Assembly: GCF_036321535.1 (NCBI RefSeq)
Contig: NC_087436.1
Location: 4,340,001-4,404,000, forward strand
DNA from: Camelus dromedarius
Lineage: Eukaryota
DNA: 64,000 bases
Reading direction: 5' to 3'
This document shows positions 21,889-31,934 of this stretch, one piece after another. Position numbers and translations under genes: made by a program. The stretch's first letter is position 1. Every line of letters starts with the position of its first letter. A model generated the notes under the pieces. The model was not told the origin of the DNA and searched no databases. It saw only the letters and a program-made list of their open reading frames with translations.

Positions 21889-23169
21889 TCCCTGGCGAGT
21901 CTGGAGGAGACCAGGCTCCTGGCAGCTGAGCAGGGAGCCAAGTCTGAGGGCAGAAGAGGCAGGTGCTGCCCTGGTCAGAGAGGCGGGTGCATCACCCTCT
22001 GCTGGCCAACAGGGAAATGCAGCTGCACCCACTCCCAGTCTAGTGCAGGCTGCGGCCCCTGCTGGCAGTCCTGCTGAATACAGTACATTTTGGAAATGCA
22101 AACTGATGGAAGCAAGTATCCTATGATTTCTCAAAAAATAGTGATGGAGCAGTTAGAAATCATATGCAGTGAAATGGAGACAGACACAAACTTTATAAGT
22201 TACACCAAAAATCACTCAAAAGTATCCTTAGATAAATTCTAAAAGCAAAACTGTAAAGGTTGTAGAAGCAAGCATAGAAGAAAACCTACATGACGGTGCA
22301 TTTGTCATGTGGATGATGATCTTTGACTTTCAACAACACAAAAAGCCAAGACCCAAAGGAAAAAAAATTAATAACATGTACTTCATCAACTTAAAAATTT
22401 CTACTTGGTGAAATAGCTTATTCAGAAAGTCAAAAGACAAGCAACAAGCTGGGAGAAAAATGCTTGAAAAATACATATCTGATAAAAGATTTGTACTCAA
22501 ACTATACAAACAGCTATAAAACAAACAACCCCATTGAAAATGGGTAAAGATCTGGACAGATGTCTGGCAAAGAAGATATACAAATAATAAACAAGTGGAC
22601 AAAAATATGATCAACACCATGTACTATTAGGGAATTACTAATTAAAACAACAAGACAGCACTACACACCTATTAGAATTGCTACCCTCCCTGCAAGGTGA
22701 CCATACCCACTACTGGAGGACAGGGAACAAATGCAACTTTCCTTCATTGCTGATTGGAACTCAAAGACCGCCTCCTAGAACACAGTTTGGAAGTAATTTC
22801 CAAAGCTGCACAAGTCTCACACCTTGAGATGCATCAATCATGCCTCCAGCTTTTACACAATTACTTTGAAAAACTATTCCTAACAAAAACAAGGACGCTA
22901 TTGTGCATGGAAGCCCCACTCCTAGTGCCTAAGCCTTAAAGGAATCAGGATGTCTTCAGTAGGTGACTGTGTAAGCAGATTGGGGTACGTCCATGTGAAG
23001 GGGAGCAGAATAGGATACCCCACGGTATGGAATTTCAAAAGACCCCAAAGAGCTAAAACTATTTGAAAAGAGAAACTCAAAGTTGGAAGCTCACACTTCT
23101 GATGCTGAGGGATGACCATGTAAACTCTCCAATAAAACACGGGGAGGCATTGTCATAACCTTGGGTTTA

Positions 23170-25250
23170 GCAATGATTTCTTACTTCTGACGGCAAAGCA
23201 CAGGCAGCAAAAGGGAAAAAATGAATTGAAAATTGAAAATCCTTGTGCATCAAAAGATGCAATCCAGAAAGTGAAAAGACAGCCCACACATCGGAAGAAA
23301 GTATTTCCACATGACATATCTGATGAGTCTTTATCCAGTGTGTATCAAGAACTTTTACGCATCCTGGACAGAAAGAAACAACCCAATTTTAAATACGACC
23401 AAAGGACTTAAACAGACCTTTCTCCACCCAAGACATGCAAATGGCCCATAAGCAGGTGAAAAGATACGATGGAAATGCAAATTAAAGCCACGAGGCAGAC
23501 AGTCTTTCTCACACTCTCAAATGGTTGTCGGCAAGAAAATCAAAGGCAACAAATGTTGGCAACAATGCAGAGAACTTGGAACCTTTAAACATTACTTGTG
23601 GAAAGGCAAAAGGGTGCAAACTATGTTAACCATATGAAGAAAGACAATTACCGCATCACTTGGTGACTCCACTCCTAGATATAACCCCCCAGGAATTGAA
23701 AGCAGGCATGCGTAATATTGAGAGCAGCTCTGTTCGCAACAGCCAAAAGGCAGAAACAAGGCAGATGTCCCTCAATGGGTAACTGGAACCAAGAAAGTGA
23801 GGTTGGCTCATAAGCCACCATATTAGTCTGTCGTGAAAGGAGTAAAGGGAAAAATGCAGCCTCTGTGGGAAACAGGGCAGCAGCTCCTCAAAACCTTTAA
23901 CAGCATTTGCAGGTGAGCCATCAAATCCACATCTGGGTGTACACCCAGGAGACCGAAGGCGGGGACTGGCACGTATACGGGCACATCCCTATTCACAGCG
24001 GCACTAGTCACAGCGGCAAAATGTGGGAGCGACCCAGTGCCCATCTACGGACGGGCGGACAGGCCGAATGCGTATACACACAAAGGACCGGAATTCCACC
24101 TTAAAAGTTACAGAAGTTCTGACACGTGCTGCAACATATATGAACCTTGAAGCCATGATGATAAGTGAAATAACCCTGTCATAAAAGGACAAAAATGACG
24201 TGATTCCACTTAGATGATGTATCCAGAGAAGTCAAATTCAAAGGCAGAAAGTGCCACGTGGTTTGCAGGGGCTGAGGGGGAGTTAGTGTTTAATGGTTAC
24301 GGAGTTTCACCAGCGAAAATGGGAAAGTTCTGAACACGGATGACGAGGATAGTTGTACAATGGTGTGAAGGTGGCTACTGCCATAGAACCGTGTGTTTAA
24401 GATGGTTTAAGTGGTACATGTTATTGACATTTAATGACAAAAACAAAAATGAGTAAGGTACTGCTACACGTTACAATCCAGCAACGGCCACCCAGGTCAA
24501 ACTCAGCTGTGCTTTCAATCCATCAAGCTTGTGAAAATGAGGGCAAGTGTCAGTAAGAATTCCAGAAAGAAAACTGGATCAGAATAAAAAAAGGCATTTC
24601 CCTAGAGCTGGGGCAGCTGGTGAAAGCTGAGGTGGGCCTGTGCATTGGATTCTAATGTGGAAACCATAATGATTTCCACATTTGGAGGTTATGTGTTGGT
24701 TCCCTGGGAGGGAGTCCCCGTTTTGGGTAAAAGACACTGGAGTGTTTTGTGGGAAGTGCAGGTGCAGTAAAGCAAAGACAGCTGGGGAGTCTGAGTGTAG
24801 AGACAAGAGGTGTTCTGTTCCACTATGGCGAGTCTTCTGTATGTTTGAAATGACTGGAAAGTAAGTAACTTTCCAAAACACTGTGTCAATACCAGAAAGG
24901 CAGAGAAAACACCAAACTTCCTCACAGGCCAAGTCTTAACCAGATCTAGCTCACTGAAAGTTGCAAAGCTAATCACACTTGTAGGAGTCAGACTAATTTA
25001 GAAGAATCGTGGGAAGGCAATATTAGGAGCCACTATGGCCTCCGTGCTGCAGATGACCTGGATGGGATAAAAGAGTGGGGTTTCTGAGTTCCAATTTTTT
25101 ACATTATTCCACAAAAAAGTGATTAGAACTAATGAATTAATTCAGTAAAGTGACACAATTAATACACAAAAATCAATTGCATGTGTAGACACTAATAATG
25201 AACCAAGAGAAAGAGAAAGAAAAAAATCCAATTTACATTGCATCAAGAAA
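23170..25250 (+). repeat. Old L1M composite, copy 2 of the ancient tandem duplication
   Basis: See copy 1. Confidence 0.8.
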
Positions 25251-25459
25251 AACCCAACAAAATAACTAGAAATAACTTTAATCAAGGACTTGAAAAATTT
25301 GCACACTGAAAACTTCAGAACACTGGTGAAGAAACTGAAAATGAGACAGATAAATGGAAAGATATCTATCCCATGCTTATGGATGGAAGAATTAATACTG
25401 TAAAAATGTCCATTCTACCCAAAGCCATGTACATGTGAATACATCCCTACCAAAATGCC

Positions 25460-25990
25460 AATAAGTCCATCGACAGACGACTGGATAAAGAAGTTGTGGT
25501 ATATTTATACAGTGGAATACTACTCAGTCATAAAAAAGAATAAAATAATGCCACTTGCAGCAACATGGATAGACCTGGAGATCATCATTCTAAGTGAAGT
25601 GAACCAGAAAGAGAAAGAATAATGCCATGGTATCAGTCATATGTGGAATCTAAAAAAAGACCCAACTTATTTACAAAACAGAAACAGACTCATAGACACA
25701 GAAAACAAACTTATGATTACCAAGATGGGAAAGGGGTGGGAAGGGATAAATTGGGAGTTTGAGATTTGCAGATACTAATTTATATAAAATAGATAAACAG
25801 CCAAGTTTATACTGTATAGCACAGGGAACCATATTCGATATCTTATAGTAACTTATGGTGAAGAAGAATATGAGAATGAATATATGTGTGTTCCCCTATG
25901 ACTGAAGCATTGTGCTGTACACCAGAAATTGACACAACATTGTAAACTGACTGTACTTCAATAAAAACGTATTTTAAAAAACAACAAAAA
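25460..25990 (+). mobile_element. Cetartiodactyl-type L1 3' end with A tail
   Basis: gggataaattgggagtttgagatttgcagatact...tgtaaactgactgtacttcaataaaa. Confidence 0.9.
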
Positions 25991-26335
25991 GAACCCTTTT
26001 GTTTGGCTTCAAGGTAGAAAACTTAGACCCACCCACTCTGTTCTTCTTAGCAGAACAGGTCAATTTCATTATAATGTGTACTTTCACAACATTTCTGATT
26101 TTAGGAGCATTTCACCATCTCTAAGTGCCAGAATTATGAACAGCCAATTTCATCATGAAAACACTCCTCCTAACAGCCTGCTTTAATGAATTTGAATATC
26201 CTACCCACAGTTTGGATACAATCAATTTATTCATCTCTTGGGAAAAAAAAATTTTTTTTATCACTAACATTAACTCTATGTGTATGACAGGTTTCACTGA
26301 CCACCACCACATCAGGCACCACACCAAGAACATAA
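25991..26335 (+). pseudogene. MT-ND1: NUMT ND1 3' part (unit 1)
   Basis: ggcttcaaggtagaa...ctgttcttcttagcagaa (GFNVEY...LFFLAE), gccaatttcatcatgaaaacactcctcctaac, ends ...acataa. Confidence 0.85.
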
Positions 26336-26695
26336 TATGCCAGATAGAGAGTTACTATGACAGAGTAAATAATAAAGGTTTAAACACTCTTATTCATTGA
26401 GTCAGAAAAATTGGACCTGCCCTTAAGAATTTTAAATTCTTCATGCTACCATATTATACCATATATTAAATATAAGGTTCATACTCCCAAAATATTTTTG
26501 TGTAATCTTTTTGTACCAATAAACACTCTTGTTGTTACTATCATTCTCCTGACCATTATTTCAGAAATCCTAATTATACTAACAAGCTCATTAATGTTAT
26601 CTTCATTTTAATTGAAAAAAAAACCCATGACCTATGGAAGCACCCCAAAAATATTCCTAACACAATCTACCATATCAATAATACTTCTAATATCA
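26335..26695 (+). pseudogene. NUMT tRNA-Ile, tRNA-Gln (L strand), internally deleted tRNA-Met, and ND2 5' part (unit 1)
   Basis: gagttactatgacagagtaaataataaaggtttaaacactcttatt (Ile), cccttaagaatt (Gln), ND2 ATA start at 26519, aaatattcctaacacaatctacc (KYFLTQST). Confidence 0.8.
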
Positions 26696-27329
26696 ATAAG
26701 ACATCTTGAAGGACTCATGACTAACATCCTATGCTCATACATACATATACAAATTCAGGGAGTGCTACATCTCAATTATGACCATCAGAGGCCTTAACAT
26801 AGTCAAGCCACTTGTAGCTCAGCTTAAATTGAGTCTTATTTACCAACATAATTAACCATGATGTGTGATTGACTCCAAGCCCTCAGGACATAGAACCATT
26901 AAAATTACATACCCTTGCATATCAGGTACACAGCTTGCTTAATCAAAACCTCCTACCTCCCAGTATTTCTCATATTTTATAAGCCATTATTGCCCTACCA
27001 GCCCCACAAAAGGCAAAGCATGTAACTATATAATATTCAACTAACTCATCTAACAAACAGACTGCCCTTACTTTACCAGGGCAAAGTTAGGATAACTACA
27101 AACTACTTGACTAATGATACCAGTCAATTACTTAGATATGTGAGTTTCATATAGGCAGACATTCCTCCAGTTCAGCCATTTACATTAAACAAAATTTAAA
27201 AAATATTAAGTGCATGTTAATAATCTCCAAAAAAATTCTATAATAATTGCAACCTAATCCAAACTACAAGCTCAATAGCAATGTATCACTTAAATGTATG
27301 TCTTATACATACAAAATCCTACTCACATT
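26695..27329 (+). pseudogene. NUMT control region (D-loop) 3' half, copy 1
   Basis: aataagacatcttgaaggactcatgactaa resembles the conserved aataagacatctcgatggactaatgactaa. Also ggccttaacatagtcaagccacttgtagct and CSB1/2/3-like remnants. Confidence 0.8.
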
Positions 27330-27934
27330 GTTGACCTAGCTTAATAATTTAAGCAAAGGGCTGAAAATGCCAAGATGTGTCCTAATTTCATAAATACATA
27401 GGTGTGAACCCAGCCTTTCTATTAATGTTTAATAAAATTACACATGCACGTATCTGCAGCTCATTGAGACTGCCCTCTGTATCGCAAAGACTAATAGAAA
27501 CAAACTAAAACATCGCACTAAAAAGTAGCTCATCAAAGCTGAACTATTCCTTAAAGGAAATGGCAGGGATAAAAATTAAGCCATGAATGAACATTTGACT
27601 ATGTTATATTAAAACATTATAATTGGTAAAATTTAAGCTAGCCACTCTGAACATAAGAATAACCCTTATTTACAGAAATCCAGCAGAAAGTGTATTAAAT
27701 AATAGCTTAAAATAAGATCTGAGCAAAAATGAAAAAAGCTGATTAAAAAATCATAAGCTGTAAAAGAGACTTTAATAATTTCTGATTACACAACAGTGAA
27801 GATCCACCTGGGATTACATAGCCCACAATGCTTAGGCCTAAATTCAAATAATTATAACGGCTAAACTAACTATTCACCAGAATATGCGCAGAATCAGCCT
27901 GAAGACAAAGCACTTGGTGGTGATTCATACTCCT
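27330..27934 (+). pseudogene. MT-RNR1: NUMT tRNA-Phe (27330-27398) and 5' part of 12S rRNA
   Basis: gttgacctagcttaa...ctgaaaatgccaagatg; ccagcctttctatt...aaaattacacatgca; ctgggattacatagcccacaatgcttag; ends gcacttggtggtgattcatactcctc. Confidence 0.85.
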
Positions 27935-27959
27935 CTTTTTTTTTAATTAAAAAAAAATT

Positions 27960-28340
27960 TTTTTGACCAGACTATGTGAAGTGGGCAAGACCATGACAAA
28001 CACTATGTGATGGATCACTGCTATGCGGAACCTGTCAAATAGTACACGTGAATGTATTTGCAGCTCAGAACACACTCACCGACACAGAAAACACACACAC
28101 TATGGTTAGTAAAGGGGAGGTGGGGAGGAGTAATTTACGAGTTTGGGATTAGCAGATATAAACTTCTGTGTATAAATTAGATAAATAGGAAGAATTGTAT
28201 CTCACATAAATAATATTCAGTAACTTGTAATAAACTAATACAAGAAAGAATCTGAAAAGGGATATATATATACAAATTTAGATAGATATATGTATATAAA
28301 ATTATTCTGATGTACATTAAAAATTAACACAACACACTAA
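27960..28340 (+). mobile_element. L1 3' fragment replacing 12S 3' part, tRNA-Val and 16S 5' tip in the NUMT
   Basis: gagtttgggattagcagatataaac...aagaatctgaaaag...acactaaatcaagtatgcctcaat. Confidence 0.8.
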
Positions 28341-28344
28341 ATCA

Positions 28345-29918
28345 AGTATGCCTCAATTTGGTAGAAACTTTGATTCAAAATCTAAAGTATAGAAGATTGA
28401 AATTCAAATCTGGTGCTCTAGAGAATGCACCATACGGGAATGATGAAAGAAACATTAAAAGGACCAAAACCCAAAGCTGATTTCTTTTACATTTTGCATA
28501 ATTATTTATCTAGATGACTAATGACGAGAAACTAAGAAAATTAACCTGAAACCAGATGACCTTCTTATGAACAGATTACATAACAAACTCATCTATCTGG
28601 CAGAAGAGTGAGAAGATTAATGCATAAACATAACCCTCCTCACAAGCCACGTGATACCTGGTTGTCCAGAAATGAGTTTTAGTTCAACTGTAAATATTAC
28701 TTACCAACATAACTTTTAACATAATTTTAAATGCCATTCTAAAAAGGTCAGCTTTTTTGATAAGGAAACACCTTCCCTAAAGACATCAGAATCACCATTG
28801 TTGGCTTAAAAGTAGCCACCATTTAAGAAAGTGTTCAAGTCAAGAACACATTCACCTCAATACCAGTAGTCAATAATTCAACTTCTAATTTAATGCTGAA
28901 CTAATCTATGAATTAACAGAAGCAATACTGTTCCTACAGATAACAATGAATATTTTTCCTTGCATAAGCTTATATCAAAATAGATAACCCACTGATATTA
29001 ACAGGAAAATAATCCTGAACCAATACCTAATTGTTATTTAAAGCAATTGTTAACCCAACACAGGCGAGAATTTAAGGAAAGATCTAAAAGAGTAAAAGAA
29101 TTAAGCAATCACAAATTCTGCCTGTTTATACATAAAAAAGAAATAACCTCCAGCACTTCTAGGGTTAATGGCACTACTACCCAGGGACATCTGTTGAATG
29201 GTCATGGCATCCTAGCCGGGGAAGGGTGGCATTGTCCATGCTTCTCTACATAAGGACTTGTGTGAATGGCCACCCTAGGGTTTTACTGCCTCTTTTAATC
29301 AGTGAAACTGACCTTCCCTTGAAGAGACAGGGATAAGAGAAGACAAGAATACTCTGAGGCTTAGTTATACCATTCAAAAACTAAACAGTAACTGAATTTT
29401 AAGGGAGACTATAGCTTTTAATGGATTAATAATTTTGGTTGGAGTGATCACAGACAACAAATGAAACACCAAGTGTTTAAAATTTAGACCAACTATTCAG
29501 AATGTTTTATCACTTACTGAACTGAAATATTGATCAGTGAAGCAGGTTACTCTAGGAAAACAACACAATTATATTCTGGAGTTCTTATCAGTACTAGGGT
29601 TTATTACCTTGATGTTGGATCAGTACATTCCAGTCTGGTAACTCCAATGAATGATGTTCAATGATTAAAGTTCTGTGTTGTCTAAGTTCAGACCGGAGTA
29701 ACTCAGGGCAGTTTATATCTATTAAGTATTTTTCCTAGCATGAAAGGACAAGAGAAATCATGTCAACTTTACAAAATGACTTCAAATGGATGATCTCATT
29801 GCAATTCAATTAATTTATACATAATCTGTATGCTCACAGGCTTTGTTGGGTGGCAGAGCCTGGGAATTGAGTAAAACATAAAGCATTACCCACAGAAGTT
29901 CATGCCCTCTTCCCTATG
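28345..29918 (+). pseudogene. MT-RNR2: NUMT 16S rRNA copy 1 and tRNA-Leu(UUR) (29845-29918)
   Basis: gttggcttaaaagtagccacc, taacccaacacaggc, aatcagtgaaactgaccttccc, ccttgatgttggatcag, aagttcagaccggagtaa, gaaaggacaagagaaat; tRNA-Leu gttgggtggcagagcc. Confidence 0.9.
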
Positions 29919-29920
29919 AT

Positions 29921-31245
29921 AGTGGTTCCAATCAGAATTCTTTCACTAACAATTCCAATTTTACCTGACCTACCAGTCCTCACATTAGTTGAAGATAAAG
30001 CCCTGGGCTATGTACGGATCCAGAAAAGGTGAAACACTCTCAGACCCTACGGGCAATTACAACCCATTGCTGATGCAGATTATTGATTAAAGAACCACTG
30101 TGCTCAGCAGTCTAATCAATTGATACATTTATTATTGCATCAATTCTAGCCTCCACCCTGGCTTTCACATATAAATTCTGCTTCTCATTTCTTATACACT
30201 AATTAATAGCAACCTAGGTGTACTATGTACAATAGCTATATCAAGACTAAGATGTTTATCCCATCCTCTGATCTGGAGAAGCTACAGATCCATAGATGAA
30301 CTAATCAGAGCTCTGTGGGCAAGAGCACAGACCACGTACCATGAAGTAATACTAGGAACTCTTCCATGTCCTACTGATAAATGGATCACATACGCTTTCG
30401 ACGGGAATTATCCCACAAGAACACCTATGACTGTTTTTCTGAACTTGATCCGTAACTATAATTTGAGTTATCTCTATGTTAGCAGAAACGAACCGAGTCC
30501 CACTGATTTTATAGAAGGAGAATCAAAACTTATATTGGGCTTCAAGGTAGAAATGTAGCAGGTCCCACCACCCTGTTCTTCCTAGCAGAAAATGTCAACA
30601 TCATTGTAATGAATATTTTCACAAGGATCCCATATTTAAGAACATTTAACAACCTCTACATGGCAGAATTCTAAACAGCCAATGTCATCATTAATACATT
30701 CCTGCAAGTAGTTTCATTGTTATGAATTAGAACATCCTACCCACCATTTTGAAATTATCTACTTATACATCTCTTGTGAGATATTTCTTACCACTACTGT
30801 TAGCTGTATGTCTATGACAAGTTTAACTACCCATACCCATCATCACATCAGGCACCCCATCACAAACATAAGAAATATATCTGACAGGAGAGTTACTCTG
30901 ACAGAATGTATAACACATGTTTAAACACTCTCATTCCTCAAATCATAAAAATTGAAACTACCCTTAAGAATTTTAAATTCTCCATGCAACCACATTACAC
31001 CATATATTTTACAGTAAGGCCCACTAAATAAGTGTTAAAGCCCACCCCACCCCCCAAATGTTGTATAATCTCTGTTCAATAAACACTTGTTTTCACTGTC
31101 AGTCTTCTGACCATTATCTCAAAACTCATAATTGTAGTAACAAGCACACACTGCTTATTGCTATCTTTATTGCAGCAAAGAGTTTAACCCAGGAGCTATA
31201 GAGACACCCAACAAATGTTTCTAAAACAACCTACTGCACTGTCTT
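29921..31245 (+). pseudogene. MT-ND1: NUMT full-length decayed ND1 (29921-30870), tRNA-Ile/Gln/Met (30871-31078), ND2 5' part (31079-31245)
   Basis: ccctacgggcaattacaacccattgctgatgca (PYGLLQPIADA-like), ttagcagaaacgaaccgagtccc (LAETNRAP-like), gaaggagaatca (EGES), agaaatatatctgac (Ile), agtaaggcccactaaataag (Met). Stops and frameshifts throughout. Confidence 0.88.
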
Positions 31246-31715
31246 ATAGACACCGCGATGCACTTACCTCTAATAATACTACTTTCACACACAACTTGCT
31301 TAATGCATTTGTTTTTTTTTAATTTTGGGGGGATACTATGACTCAGTATGGCCTGCAGAGGACTTAGCACAGTCAAACCCCTTGTACCTCAACTTAAACT
31401 GAGTATTATTTACCAATATATTCAACCATAGTGCTACTGACTCAGTGTTCACAGGACATAGGACCATTGCAGTTCCATACACATGCATATCAGAAACATA
31501 ACCTGCTTAATCAACAGCTCCTTCCTCCCACCAAGTCTCATATTTCATAAGCTATCATTGACTTCCATCCAAACCCCTCAAACAAGGAAAAGTATTTAAG
31601 TATGTAAGATGCGACGAACTCATCTGACAAACAGACGCCCAGCCTTCACCAACACAAAGTTAGGATAACTAACAACCTGATCAATTTCTTGGCTGATAAG
31701 AATTAGCACATACAC
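31245..31715 (+). pseudogene. NUMT control region 3' half, copy 2
   Basis: tagacaccgcgatgcact..., atgcatttgttttttttaattttgggggg, gactcagtatggcc, ttcacaggacata. Colinear with 26695-27135. Confidence 0.8.
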
Positions 31716-31934
31716 ACTATCACCTATAAAGTAGACAGTCAATGCGGAAGTATTGTAGAGAACAGGGAACTATATATAATAACTCATAATAAATTTTAAT
31801 GGAAAAGAATCTGAAAAGCTGATACAGACAGATAAGTTGATGTATACATATATAACAGATGTATAGCAGATACTTCGCTGTAAATCAGAAATTAACCCAA
31901 CCCACTAAATCAACTATACTTCAATTAAAAAAGT

